Part shown: positions 35,370 through 45,234 of the stretch, piece after piece | How positions within the stretch are numbered: the first letter of the stretch is position 1 | How the letters are laid out: each line of letters starts with the position of its first letter | Source: Alphaproteobacteria bacterium UBA998 | GTDB lineage: Bacteria > Pseudomonadota > Alphaproteobacteria > Rickettsiales > UBA998 | Reading direction: 5' to 3' | Length of the DNA: 64,000 nt | Assembly: GCA_002291925.1 (NCBI GenBank) | Contig: DBAY01000007.1 | Span: 7,853-71,852 of the forward strand | Notes under the pieces: model-generated | Told to the model about the DNA's origin: nothing | The model's input: the letters and a program-made list of their open reading frames with translations, nothing else | Databases searched by the model: none | Translations under genes and position numbers: made by a program

Positions 35370-38080
35370 CTTAACTGTCCGTGACAATGCTTGAACTTCT
35401 TGCCTGAGCCGCAGGGGCAGGCATCGTTGCGCCCAACGCGGCCCCACGTCGTGGGGTCGGCGGGGTTGACGGGGCCGCTGACTGTGCGGCGCACCACGGG
35501 CGCGCCTTCCGGCAGGCCGTGTGGCTGCGCGGCGGGGTCATCGCGGCCTTCGCGCATATGCTGGGGCGGGGCCATCTCTTCCAGCGGTTCCGGGGGCAAA
35601 TTGACGCGAATCTGCAGATGGGCGAGGCGGGAGATAGTGACCTCGCGCAGCTGGGTGAGCATCCGCTCGAACAGGCCGAATGCTTCTGATTTGTATTCAT
35701 TCAGCGGGTCACGCTGCGCATAGGCGCGCAGATTGATGCCGCCGCGCAGATGGTCGAGCGACAGCAGGTGGTCCTTCCACAGTTGATCCAGCGTCTGCAG
35801 CAGGATGCGCTTCTTTGCCATCTTCATGATGTCCGGCGTGTATTCGGCATCCTTGGCGGCGAACAGCTCGGCCGTGGCCGCGTTCAACCGCGTGCGGATT
35901 TCCTCATCGGCAATGCCTTCCTCCTTCACCCACTGCGAGGCGGGCAGGTGCAGGCCATAGACGCGGAACAGCTCTTTCTCCAGCCCTTCGCCGTCCCACT
36001 GTTCGGGATAGGATTTGGGCGGGATGTGGGCTTCCACAAGCAGGTCGTTCACGTCCTGGCGCATGTCGTTGATGGTGTCGGTGAGGTCGTCGGCTTCCAT
36101 CAACTCGATGCGTTGTTCATAGATGACCTTGCGCTGGTCGTTCATCACGTCGTCGAACTTCAGCAGGTTCTTGCGGATGTCGTAGTTGCGCGCTTCCACC
36201 TTGCCCTGCGCGCGCTCGATGGCGCGGTTCATCCATGGGTGAATGATGGCCTCGCCCTCTTTCATGCCAAGCTTCTGCAGCATGCCATCGATGCGCTCGG
36301 AGCCGAAAATGCGCATCAGGTCGTCTTCGAGCGAGATGAAGAATTTCGACGCGCCGGGGTCACCCTGACGGCCGGAGCGGCCGCGCAACTGGTTGTCGAT
36401 GCGGCGGGATTCGTGGCGCTCGGTACCGATGACGTACAGGCCGCCGGCTTCCAGCACCGTCTGCTTATCGCGCTCCACCTCTTCCTTGATCTGCTCGGCG
36501 AGTACAATGCGCTGTGCCTCGCCTTTCGCGTTCGCGGTTTCCTCCTCGATTCGCATCTCCGCGTTGCCGCCGAGTTTGATGTCGGTGCCGCGGCCCGCCA
36601 TGTTGGTGGCGATGGTCACCGCGCCGGGGCGCCCGGCCTGCCCGACGATGTAGGCTTCCTTCTCGTGGTGGCGCGCGTTCAGGACCTGGTGCGGGACTTT
36701 TGCTTTTTTCAGCAGGCTGGAGAGGTGCTCCGATTTCTCGATGGAAACCGTCCCCACCAGCACCGGCTGCTGGCGTTCGTGACATTCCTTGATAAGCGCG
36801 ATCACCGCCTCGTTACGCTCGGCGGAGGTGCGGTAGATTTCATCGTCGAAATCCTCGCGGGATACGGCGACATTGGTCGGAATCTCAATGACCTCCAGGC
36901 TGTAGATGTCGGAGAATTCCGTGGCTTCCGTCATGGCGGTGCCGGTCATGCCCGCGAGCTTCGGATAGAGGCGGAAATAATTCTGGAAGGTGATGGAAGC
37001 GAGGGTTTGGTTCTCGTTCTGAATGGCCACTTTTTCCTTGGCCTCGAGCGCCTGGTGCAGCCCGTCGGAATAACGCCGGCCTTCCATCATGCGGCCGGTG
37101 AATTCATCAATGATGATGACCTTGTTGTCCTTGACGATGTAATCCACGTCGCGCTGGAAGATGGTATGGGCCTTCAGCGCCTGATTCACGTGGTGCACGA
37201 GGCTGATGCTGCCGATGTCATAGAGGCTGGCATCGGCTTCGAGCAGGCCGCGCTCGCGCAGCAGCTCCTCCACCTTGTGCGTGCCCTCCTCATTGAGGGC
37301 GACGGCGCGGGTTTTCTCATCCTTCTCGTAATCTGCCGCCGTGAGCAGCGGCAGGATCTTATCCACCTCGACATAGAGCGCGGAATTGTCCTCTGTTGGG
37401 CCAGAGATGATGAGCGGCGTGCGTGCCTCGTCGATGAGGATGGAGTCCACCTCGTCCACGATGGCGAAGTTGAAGGGGCGTTGCACCATCTGCAGGCGCG
37501 AGTATTTCATGTTGTCGCGCAGATAGTCGAAGCCGTACTCGTTGTTGGTGCCGTAGGTGATGTCGCAATTATAGGCTTCCTGACGCTCGAAATCGTCCTT
37601 GCCATGCACGATGGTGCCGACCGTGAGGCCGAGGAAGTTATAGAGCTTGCCCATCCACGCGGCGTCGCGGGTGGCGAGGTAATCATTCACCGTCACCACA
37701 TGCACGCCCTTGCCCTCGAGCGCATTCAGGTACACGGGCAGAGTGGCGACCAGCGTTTTGCCCTCGCCGGTTTTCATCTCGGCGATATTGCCCTCATGCA
37801 GCACCATGCCGCCGATCATCTGCACGTCGAAATGGCGCATGCCGAGCACGCGCTTCGAGGCCTCGCGCACGGTGGCGAAGGCTTCCGGCAGCAGCTTGTC
37901 AAGCGGGATACCGTTCTTCAGGCGGGTGCGGAATTCTTCCGTTTTGGCGGCCAGCTCGGCGTCGGAGAGTTTCTCGAACTGCGGCTCCAGCCGGTTGATG
38001 GCGTCCACGCGCTGCATGTAGCCGCGCACGATGCGGTCGTTGGCGTTGCCGAAGAATTTGCGGGCGAGTCCCCCAAGCAT
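35366..38080 (-). CDS. secA: Preprotein translocase ATPase SecA
   Basis: Start taken at [16 protein letters not shown] (ATG 38080). DEAD motor motifs are present. The C-terminal zinc finger is [14 protein letters not shown]. Confidence 0.95.
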   Translation of the reverse strand: MLGGLARKFFGNANDRIVRGYMQRVDAINRLEPQFEKLSDAELAAKTEEFRTRLKNGIPLDKLLPEAFATVREASKRVLGMRHFDVQMIGGMVLHEGNIAEMKTGEGKTLVATLPVYLNALEGKGVHVVTVNDYLATRDAAWMGKLYNFLGLTVGTIVHGKDDFERQEAYNCDITYGTNNEYGFDYLRDNMKYSRLQMVQRPFNFAIVDEVDSILIDEARTPLIISGPTEDNSALYVEVDKILPLLTAADYEKDEKTRAVALNEEGTHKVEELLRERGLLEADASLYDIGSISLVHHVNQALKAHTIFQRDVDYIVKDNKVIIIDEFTGRMMEGRRYSDGLHQALEAKEKVAIQNENQTLASITFQNYFRLYPKLAGMTGTAMTEATEFSDIYSLEVIEIPTNVAVSREDFDDEIYRTSAERNEAVIALIKECHERQQPVLVGTVSIEKSEHLSSLLKKAKVPHQVLNARHHEKEAYIVGQAGRPGAVTIATNMAGRGTDIKLGGNAEMRIEEETANAKGEAQRIVLAEQIKEEVERDKQTVLEAGGLYVIGTERHESRRIDNQLRGRSGRQGDPGASKFFISLEDDLMRIFGSERIDGMLQKLGMKEGEAIIHPWMNRAIERAQGKVEARNYDIRKNLLKFDDVMNDQRKVIYEQRIELMEADDLTDTINDMRQDVNDLLVEAHIPPKSYPEQWDGEGLEKELFRVYGLHLPASQWVKEEGIADEEIRTRLNAATAELFAAKDAEYTPDIMKMAKKRILLQTLDQLWKDHLLSLDHLRGGINLRAYAQRDPLNEYKSEAFGLFERMLTQLREVTISRLAHLQIRVNLPPEPLEEMAPPQHMREGRDDPAAQPHGLPEGAPVVRRTVSGPVNPADPTTWGRVGRNDACPCGSGKKFKHCHGQLS

Positions 38081-38349
38081 GCGAAAAATCCTGTGTTGTC
38101 CGGCCTTGTTATTTAGGGCGGGCCGTGGGCGTTTGCGAGCGTTTACCGTGTGAAATTTCCCGGCCTGTCCGGGGTCTTGGTCGGCAGTGCGCTCCAGCAT
38201 CGGAGGCAAGGGACGAAAAGGGCCGTACAAGCCTGAAAATTCAAGCCGCTCACTGATAGCGGGCAGGGGCTGGGCTGTCAATTCTCTCCGCTTGCCATCA
38301 GAAGGTTATTATGTAATACCCGCTATTAACCCCAACCCAAGCCTGCAGG

Positions 38350-39267
38350 ATGCCTTCTATGCGCCTCATTTCCCTCCTTTCCTCCGCTGCCTTCGTCGCG
38401 CTTGCCGCCGCGGCACCTCTCTATGCCGAAGAGCCCGCCAAGCCCGCCGCGAAAGAGGAAGCAAAGGATGATTACATCATGCTGCGCGTGAATGGCGAGG
38501 CCGTGCCGCGCTCCCGCGTGCTGGCCATCTGGCATGACCTGTTCCCGGACGGCAAGGCCCCAGCCTTTGACAGCTTCGACGAAAAAGTGCGCATGAACGT
38601 GCTGCGCGGCATCGTCAGCGAGCAGCTGGTCTATGAAGAAGCCAAGAAATCCGGCGTGGAAAACAGCCCGGAAGTGGCGGAGAAACTCGCCAAGCTGAAG
38701 GAAAAGCTGGTGACGCAGGCCTTCCTTGAGCAGAAGGCCGACGCCCGCGTAAGCGACGCGGAAATCCGCAAAATCTATGATCAAAAGGTCGCCGAGTTGA
38801 AAGGCAAGGAAGAAATCAAGGCGCGCCATATCCTCGTTGACAGCGAAGACAAGGCAGAGGATATCGCCGAGAAGATCCGCAAGGGCGCCAAATTCGAGGA
38901 CATCGCCAAGAAGGAATCGCTCGACAAGGGTACCGGCGTGAAGGGCGGCGATCTCGGCTGGTTCACCGAGGAGCAGATGGTGCCGGAATTCTCCAAGGCT
39001 GCCTTCAAGCTGAAGAAAGATGCCATCTCCGACCCGGTGAAGAGCAGCTTCGGCTGGCATATCATTCAGGTGCAGGACCGTCGCAAGGTCGAGGTGCCGC
39101 CCTATGAGCAGGTCAAAGGGAATTTCGCGCAGGAGCTGAAGGCCAAGGCGCTCAAAGACTATGTCGGCGAATTGCTGCAAGGCGCGAAGGTGCAGTATTT
39201 CGCGCCGGATGGCTCCGAGAAGCCGTTCAGCAAGGAACTGCCGAAGGACAGCAAGGCCAAGGAATAA
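38350..39267 (+). CDS. Periplasmic parvulin-type peptidyl-prolyl isomerase (PpiC/SurA-like)
   Basis: Signal peptide MRLISLLSSAAFVALAAAAPLYA. Parvulin domain ARHILV...GGDLGWF...FGWHIIQV. Confidence 0.85.
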   Translation: MPSMRLISLLSSAAFVALAAAAPLYAEEPAKPAAKEEAKDDYIMLRVNGEAVPRSRVLAIWHDLFPDGKAPAFDSFDEKVRMNVLRGIVSEQLVYEEAKKSGVENSPEVAEKLAKLKEKLVTQAFLEQKADARVSDAEIRKIYDQKVAELKGKEEIKARHILVDSEDKAEDIAEKIRKGAKFEDIAKKESLDKGTGVKGGDLGWFTEEQMVPEFSKAAFKLKKDAISDPVKSSFGWHIIQVQDRRKVEVPPYEQVKGNFAQELKAKALKDYVGELLQGAKVQYFAPDGSEKPFSKELPKDSKAKE

Positions 39268-39273
39268 CCGCGC

Positions 39274-40506
39274 ATGCCCTTGCCCGTCTCGCCGCTGGCG
39301 CCGAAAGAGTTTCCGACGCTCGTCCCGCTGCCCGGCGTGAGGATGGCCGCGGCGGAAGCCGGCGTGCGCTACAAGAACCGCACGGATGTCTGGTTGGCAC
39401 TGCTGCCGGAAGGCACGCAGGCGGCCGGCGTGCTGACGCGCTCGCTGACCGCCAGTGCCCCGGTGGAATGGTGCCGCCATGCGCTGAGCTTCGGCACGGG
39501 CCGCGCGGTCATCGTCAATTCCGGCAACTCCAATGCATTCACCGGCCGTCGCGGCGTGGAAGCCGTGCAGGGCACGGTGCAGGGCGTGGCGAAGGCCGTG
39601 GGTTGCAAGCCGGAGGAAGTGTTCATCGCGTCCACCGGCGTCATCGGTGAACCGTTGCCTTACCAGAAAATTCTCGATGCCCTCCCGGCGCTGATGCAGG
39701 GGCAAGGGGGCGAGGACTGGATGGGCGCCGCCAAGGCCATCATGACTACCGACACCTTCCCCAAGCTCGCCCGCCGCACAGCGCGCATCGGCGGGGTGGA
39801 GGTGACGCTGCAGGGCATCGCCAAGGGCTCCGGCATGATCGCACCGGACATGGCGACTATGCTGGCGTTTGTGTTCACGGATGCGGCCATCGACGCGCCC
39901 ATTCTGCAGACGCTGCTTTCGCGCGCCAATCATAAGAGCTTCAACAGCATCACGGTGGATAGTGATACGTCCACCAGTGATACCTGCCTGCTCTTTGCCA
40001 CGGGCAGCGCGGGCAACCCGAAACTGGCGGATGCGGGTGATCCGCTGCTCGATGAATTCCGCACGGCGCTGAACGCGTTGATGCTTGATTTGGCGTTGCT
40101 TATCGTCAAGGACGGTGAGGGGGCGACCAAGCTGGTCACTGTGCGCGTCACCGGTGCGGAGGACGAAGCCGCCGCGCGCCGCATCGCGCTCAGCATTGCC
40201 AACTCGCCGCTGGTGAAAACCGCGGTGGCGGGTGAGGACCCGAACTGGGGCCGCATCGTGGCGGCGGTGGGCAAATCCGGCGCCTGGGCCGACCGCGACC
40301 GCCTGCGCATCCATATCGGCGACACGCTGGTGGCCGAGGAGGGCATGGTGCACCCCGACTACCGCGAGCCGGAAGCCGCCGCCCACATGAAAGGCCAGGA
40401 CATCCGCTTCACCGTCGATGTCGGGGTCGGCGACGCGGAAGCCACCGTCTGGACCTGCGACCTGACCGAGCAATACATCAAGATCAACGCTGACTATCGG
40501 AGCTGA
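39274..40506 (+). CDS. argJ: Bifunctional glutamate N-acetyltransferase / amino-acid acetyltransferase
   Basis: Autoproteolytic site motif PDMATMLAFVFTDA. C-terminus DLTEQYIKINADYRS. Confidence 0.95.
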   Translation: MPLPVSPLAPKEFPTLVPLPGVRMAAAEAGVRYKNRTDVWLALLPEGTQAAGVLTRSLTASAPVEWCRHALSFGTGRAVIVNSGNSNAFTGRRGVEAVQGTVQGVAKAVGCKPEEVFIASTGVIGEPLPYQKILDALPALMQGQGGEDWMGAAKAIMTTDTFPKLARRTARIGGVEVTLQGIAKGSGMIAPDMATMLAFVFTDAAIDAPILQTLLSRANHKSFNSITVDSDTSTSDTCLLFATGSAGNPKLADAGDPLLDEFRTALNALMLDLALLIVKDGEGATKLVTVRVTGAEDEAAARRIALSIANSPLVKTAVAGEDPNWGRIVAAVGKSGAWADRDRLRIHIGDTLVAEEGMVHPDYREPEAAAHMKGQDIRFTVDVGVGDAEATVWTCDLTEQYIKINADYRS

Positions 40507-40507
40507 C

Positions 40508-40996
40508 ATGCCTGCCCCTCTCGACATTCGCCATTGCACCGAAGCCGACATCCCAACACTGATGTTCTTCATCCGTTCGCTAGCGGAGTATGAGAAGCTG
40601 CTGCACGAGGTGACGGTGACGGAAGAAATTCTCCGTCAGTCGCTGTTCGGCCCGACGCCGAAGGCCTACGCGGTGCTGGCCGAGCAGGGCGGGGTGGCGG
40701 TGGGCTTCGCCGTCTATTTCCACAATTTCTCCACCTTCCTCGGCACGCATGGGCTGTACGTGGAAGATCTTTACGTACTGCCGGAATATCGCGGGCAGGG
40801 CATCGGCAAGGCGCTGCTGTCGTGGCTGGCGCGCAAGGCGCTGATGGATGGCTGCGGCCGCATGGAATGGTGGGCGCTCGACTGGAACGAGCCTTCCATC
40901 AGCTTCTACAAGAACCTCGGCGCCATGACGATGGATGAGTGGACGGTGTTTCGCATCACCAAGGACCGCATGCGCCAGCTGGCGGACATGGTTTAA
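40508..40996 (+). CDS. GNAT family N-acetyltransferase
   Basis: GNAT motif A YRGQGIGKALLSWLA. 162 aa. Confidence 0.85.
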   Translation: MPAPLDIRHCTEADIPTLMFFIRSLAEYEKLLHEVTVTEEILRQSLFGPTPKAYAVLAEQGGVAVGFAVYFHNFSTFLGTHGLYVEDLYVLPEYRGQGIGKALLSWLARKALMDGCGRMEWWALDWNEPSISFYKNLGAMTMDEWTVFRITKDRMRQLADMV

Positions 40997-41014
40997 TGGA
41001 GTTTAGGGAACAAT

Positions 41015-41503
41015 ATGAAAATCGCCAAGAGAATCGCCGTCAATGACAGCAAGTTTGCCATGTGGCGGATGGCTATCGTGCTGAGCCACAGCGATCATGG
41101 ACTTTCAAATTCTGAGATAAACCTAATCCACGAATACTGGGAAAACTTCGATTTTTCCGAGCCGCAGATGGCGCAGTTGGAAGACGATTTTCGCACCCCA
41201 CCCGCTTTCGATACGGTGTGGCCACTGATCACGGACAAGCTGGACCGCGCCCATCTGATCAATTTCGCGCTTGTGCTGTTCAACGTAGACGGCGATTTTT
41301 CCTATATGGAGCAAGTGCTGTGGGAGAAGATAAACCGTCTTCACGCGCAGACAATTGACATCAAGAAAGCCATGGCCGAGGCGCGTCAGGCCACCCAGGA
41401 TTTCCTCACGGAAGAGCGCGCCAAACTGGATGAGGAGTTCGCCAAGGAACCGTTCCTGCGCAAGGCTCTCCATTTCCTTACGTTTTATTCGGAACGCTGG
41501 TAG
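41015..41503 (+). CDS. Hypothetical protein, possibly TerB-like
   Basis: Clean 162 aa ORF, lower in GC. Two half motifs (SHSDHGLSNSEINLI; NVDGDFSYMEQVLWEKI) resemble the TerB ADG-x-x-x-x-E repeats. The family call is tentative. Confidence 0.5.
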   Translation: MKIAKRIAVNDSKFAMWRMAIVLSHSDHGLSNSEINLIHEYWENFDFSEPQMAQLEDDFRTPPAFDTVWPLITDKLDRAHLINFALVLFNVDGDFSYMEQVLWEKINRLHAQTIDIKKAMAEARQATQDFLTEERAKLDEEFAKEPFLRKALHFLTFYSERW

Positions 41504-41505
41504 AC

Positions 41506-41976
41506 GTGATGCTTTTCGTCGTCGCGGCGGCGTTGATCGATGCCGATGGCCGCGTGTTGCTGACGCAGCGCCCCGAAGGCAAGGTGCTGGCGGGTTTGTG
41601 GGAGTTTCCCGGCGGCAAGATCGGCGCGGAGGAAACGCCTGAGCAGGCCCTGAAGCGGGAATTGCGTGAGGAGCTGGGCATCCTTACCTCGGCGGGCTGC
41701 TTTCATCCCATCAGCTTCGTCACCCATCCGCTGAATGATGCGCGCCTGCCGGACGTGCCCTACCAGCCCGGCGGCTGTGACCCGTTGAAAGCCGACCCGC
41801 TGCTGCACCCGGACGAGATGCTTCTGCTGATGCTCTATGCCTGCCGCCGCTGGCACGGCACCCCGGAAGGCCGCGAGGGGCAGGCCATGAAATGGCTGCG
41901 GGTGAACGAAATGCGCGACTACCCCATGCCCCCGGCGGACGTACCCTTGGTGGCGGCGCTACGGCAGGTGCTTTAG
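41506..41976 (+). CDS. mutT: NUDIX hydrolase, MutT-type (8-oxo-dGTP diphosphatase)
   Basis: Nudix box GLWEFPGGKIGAEETPEQALKRELREELGI. It carries a ~25 aa insertion relative to typical MutT. Confidence 0.8.
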   Translation: MMLFVVAAALIDADGRVLLTQRPEGKVLAGLWEFPGGKIGAEETPEQALKRELREELGILTSAGCFHPISFVTHPLNDARLPDVPYQPGGCDPLKADPLLHPDEMLLLMLYACRRWHGTPEGREGQAMKWLRVNEMRDYPMPPADVPLVAALRQVL

Positions 41977-42037
41977 GCGACTGCCCGTGTGAATTGTCGC
42001 GTCGCTTGCGCTCCCTCGCCATGACGGTGCCCTACTC

Positions 42038-42385
42038 GTCATGCTGAACTCGTTTCAGCATCTTTCAATAATAGGCCCTGAAACGAGTTCAGGGCGACGC
42101 CATCAATGCAGCCGTCATTCCGAACGACCAACGGGAGAAGGAATCTTTCTACAGGGACACTCTCGGATAGGCTGCCTGTATAAAGATTCTTCACATCCGT
42201 TCGGAATGACAAGTAAATGTCACCTCGGCGCATGCCGGGGTCTGGCGTATCCTCACCGGGAAACCCCGCATCACGTGCGAAGTGACATTCTTTCCAAACT
42301 CGTCATTCCGGGACGCGTCAGCGTGCCCGGAATCTGATCGCGATAGGGGAAAAGATCCTGCGCAGCCTGCGGCTCGCAGGATGAC
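42038..42385. repeat. Cluster of five different short palindromic (REP/MITE-like) units sharing GTCAT(T/G)C... / ...GGAATGAC-type ends
   Basis: Units at 42038-42098 (15-bp IR CTGAACTCGTTTCAG/CTGAAACGAGTTCAG), 42114-42210 (GTCATTCCGAACG...CGTTCGGAATGAC), 42216-42289 (AATGTCAC...GTGACATT), 42302-42333 (GTCATTCCGGGAC...CCCGGAATC) and 42354-42385 (ATCCTGCG...CGCAGGATGAC). Confidence 0.8.
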
Positions 42386-42407
42386 GTTTGCAATTTATAA
42401 AGTGCGC

Positions 42408-44258
42408 TTATTGCAGTCCGACCGCGGCCTGTTGCACGGGGTGCACGGGCGGGTGCAGCACGGCGTCCTGGGCGTGCACGTGCACGGAAGGAGCCTCCGG
42501 CGTGGCGAGGGTGCGCACCTGCGAGGGGGCCGATTGCGTAGCGGTGGCCGCCGACGCGGCGGGGGCTTTGGCTGGCGGTTCCTGGCGCAGGCGCAGATCG
42601 GTCAGGGCGCGCTCGACATGCGGAAGGTAGACCTGGTCATAGGCTTCGGTGAGGCCCGGCACGACGAAGTTGAGCAATTCCGGCTGCTCGCGGTAACGCA
42701 CGAACCGCATCCCGGCATAGCGGGAATTCACCTCGGCCATGCGCTTTTCCGGCTCTGAATACCCGCTGAGCGTCAGCTTTGGGCTTTCCGCGTTCAGGTT
42801 GTTCCACGCCTCGTTCACCAGCGTGTAGAGCGAGTTCATATCGGCGTTGCCGCGTATCTTCGACCACGGCTTGCCGCTCACCGCGAACTGGGTTTCCACT
42901 TGTTGCTCAAGGGCGGCTTTTTCCTCCGGCGTGGCGGCGCGCATCCACTGGCCGACGACCTCACGCAGCTGCGTCAGGCGCTGGCGGTCGGAGAGCGCGA
43001 GCGCGTCGGTGCGCGCGATGTCGGTGGGTGTGAGGTAATTCGGATAGACCGTGTGCGTGATTTCATGCACCAGCGTATCCTGCGACTTGTCCGGCCCGGT
43101 GCCGCCGGAGACATAAATGTGATCGATGCCGAGCACGTCGTCCGCATGCGCCTTGCTGTGGCGGTTGAGGCCAAGCAGCCCGCCGCCATTGAGCGAGCCC
43201 GCCGGGCTGTAGACAATGTCGCCGCCCTTGCGGAAGAAGGCTTCCGTCACAGCTGGTGGCAGCAGGCGCAGGCGTCCCGCGATGTCCTGCTCGATTTTCT
43301 CAATGTCAGGCGAGACTTCGGTCTTGCCGTGGAAATAGCCTTGCAGCGCGCGGATTTTCTGCTCGATGCGCGGCGCGATGCCCGCCATGATCTGCTCATG
43401 CACGCCCGCATGGGCCATGCCCGGCTGGGTGCGGCCGATCTTCCAGTTCTCCACCGCATTGGCGGCAAATTTGTGATCTGGCAGGTGATTCACCAGGCGC
43501 GTGATATCCTGCACGTAGGCCTCATCCACACCAAGCGCCTTGCCGACGGCGGCGAGGCCGCCTTCTTGGGCCACCTTGCGGATGGCTGCGCCGTCCAAGC
43601 CCGTGTAGGTCTGCAGCTTGGCAAAAAGCATATCGGCATTGTGCGGTTGCGCGGCCAGCGGACCGGCGAGGCCGTTCAGGCCCTGGTCATGCTTACCCTC
43701 CACCGCTTTTTCCAGCAGCAGGTACATGCCGATGCCGTTTTTCAGCGCCTCGATCTGATCCGGCTTCAGCGGCTTGTCTTCCTGCAGCAGCTTGACGAAG
43801 GCGGCAAACGGCGCGGCCGATTTCTCGTCATGCGCGGCAGCGTCCGGGTCTTTGCCGGTGGTGGTCTTCTTGATGTAATGCTGGATCATGTCCGACAAGC
43901 GCGCGCCTTCGGCTTCCGCGGAAAGCGGGATGAGGTCGGACAGGCTCGCCACGATGGAGAGGCGGCCCGGCGCGGTGAACCACATCGGCTCCTGGTGGGT
44001 GAAGACCTTCTGCAACTTGGCGCGCAGGGCAGGCTGGTTTTCAGCTTTAAGCTCCTGCGGATGGACGGTCAGGAAAGTCTCGTCGCCCTGGCCGACATAG
44101 GCATCGCCGAGCACCATGATGCGGTGCTCGTGCTGGAAGCGCGTGGGGTCGAACGGGGCGGGGGCGGGCGCGGCGGACTGCGCCTGCGCCATCATGGCGT
44201 TGAGGTCTCCTGCCTGGGGCGTGGCGGCAAGGGCGTCGGTGGCTTTTTGCAGATCCAT
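42408..44258 (-). CDS. Orphan 616 aa protein with an HExxH (HEITH) zinc-metallopeptidase-like motif
   Basis: Single long ORF. LVHEITHTV is the only recognisable motif. Ala/Pro-rich termini. No signal peptide recognised. Confidence 0.6.
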   Translation of the reverse strand: MDLQKATDALAATPQAGDLNAMMAQAQSAAPAPAPFDPTRFQHEHRIMVLGDAYVGQGDETFLTVHPQELKAENQPALRAKLQKVFTHQEPMWFTAPGRLSIVASLSDLIPLSAEAEGARLSDMIQHYIKKTTTGKDPDAAAHDEKSAAPFAAFVKLLQEDKPLKPDQIEALKNGIGMYLLLEKAVEGKHDQGLNGLAGPLAAQPHNADMLFAKLQTYTGLDGAAIRKVAQEGGLAAVGKALGVDEAYVQDITRLVNHLPDHKFAANAVENWKIGRTQPGMAHAGVHEQIMAGIAPRIEQKIRALQGYFHGKTEVSPDIEKIEQDIAGRLRLLPPAVTEAFFRKGGDIVYSPAGSLNGGGLLGLNRHSKAHADDVLGIDHIYVSGGTGPDKSQDTLVHEITHTVYPNYLTPTDIARTDALALSDRQRLTQLREVVGQWMRAATPEEKAALEQQVETQFAVSGKPWSKIRGNADMNSLYTLVNEAWNNLNAESPKLTLSGYSEPEKRMAEVNSRYAGMRFVRYREQPELLNFVVPGLTEAYDQVYLPHVERALTDLRLRQEPPAKAPAASAATATQSAPSQVRTLATPEAPSVHVHAQDAVLHPPVHPVQQAAVGLQ

Positions 44259-44340
44259 GCACTTACTTTAGCAAACGGGATTGTTAACGTGTGTGACAGT
44301 GTTGTGAAATTTCCACCTGAGGAGCCCTAAGGTGGCGCCC

Positions 44341-45216
44341 TTAAGTCATTGTTTTGAAATAATCCATAAGCGAGGTCTGGCCGCTGCCCCGGCGGGCGGG
44401 CTGCTGCTGGGAGGCATGCGGCGCCCACGCGGTAAGGGTGAGCAGCTCAAAGGTGGCGGGGATGCGGCCTTCCGCATCGGCGTAGCGTTCCTGATAGAGG
44501 GCGGCGGCGCGCAGCAGGGTGGCGCGGCGGCTAAGGGTGCGGCGGCGGGCGGTGAGCGCATTGGTTTCGCCCATGGCCCGCAATTCACCCATCAGCGTGA
44601 GTGCGTCCGGGTACGTGACGGTCAGCAGGTCGCTATCGATGACGGGCAGGGCGAACCCGGCCCGTTGCAGCAGGCCGCCCGCATCGCGCACCTCCACGAA
44701 GGGGGAGACGCGCGGGCTGATGCCGCCCTCGATCTCCAATTCCGCGTCGGCGAGGCAGGCACGCAATTCTTGCAACGTGCGCGCCCCCGGAACGATGGCG
44801 AGAAACAGCCCGTCCGGCTTCAGGGCACGGCGCAGCTGGATGAGCGCGCCGGGGAGGTCGTTCACCCAATGCAAATAGAAGGCGCTGAAGACGGCGTCGA
44901 AGGTGCCCTCGCCAAAGGGCAGCCATTCCTCATCCGCGACGAGCCGCAGGCCGGTGGGCGGCAGCATGGCCGGCGCGGCGTCGGCCTGCACCAGCTGCGC
45001 GATGCCGCCGCGCCCGGCCAGCGCCTCGGCAAGGATGCCCTGATGCGCGCCAAGCGCGAGGGCGTTCGGGAAGCGGTGCGTCAGGTCGTCCAGCCGGTCC
45101 GCCAGCCGCTCCGAGGCTTCGCGCACGAGAAAATCCACCGCGCCGAAACCGGGTGCGCGGCGCTGACGCCGGGCGCGCCAGAGGGGGCGGTCAAAGATGT
45201 TGCGCTCGTCCTGCAT
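44341..45216 (-). CDS. Class I SAM-dependent methyltransferase (BioC/NDUFAF5-like)
   Basis: Start at MQDERNIFDR (ATG 45216). Methyltransf_11-like region FDAVFSAFYLHWVNDLPGALIQLRRALKPDGLFL. It is divergent from comF, as in many Alphaproteobacteria. Confidence 0.8.
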   Translation of the reverse strand: MQDERNIFDRPLWRARRQRRAPGFGAVDFLVREASERLADRLDDLTHRFPNALALGAHQGILAEALAGRGGIAQLVQADAAPAMLPPTGLRLVADEEWLPFGEGTFDAVFSAFYLHWVNDLPGALIQLRRALKPDGLFLAIVPGARTLQELRACLADAELEIEGGISPRVSPFVEVRDAGGLLQRAGFALPVIDSDLLTVTYPDALTLMGELRAMGETNALTARRRTLSRRATLLRAAALYQERYADAEGRIPATFELLTLTAWAPHASQQQPARRGSGQTSLMDYFKTMT

Positions 45217-45234
45217 GGGGGGCAGGATACGGCG

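Noticed and set aside
35750-38116. 788-aa ORF on the + strand
   Set aside because: It is entirely antisense to secA, which has unmistakable motifs. The product is Val/Ala/Gly/His-rich nonsense typical of antisense frames in high-GC DNA.
38081-38281. 67-aa N-terminal extension of secA
   Set aside because: The canonical SecA N-terminus ([11 protein letters not shown]) starts at the internal ATG at 38080. The extension is Pro/Arg-rich with no SD.
38326-40572. 748-aa ORF on the - strand
   Set aside because: It is antisense to the parvulin PPIase and argJ, both of which have strong family motifs. It is a GC-driven open frame.
44332-45234. N-terminal 300-aa extension of the comF ORF (550-aa ORF 44332-45984)
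   Set aside because: The extension is antisense to the BioC-like methyltransferase and has no ComF similarity. ComF begins at the ATG at 45235 with the expected Cys-rich N-terminus.
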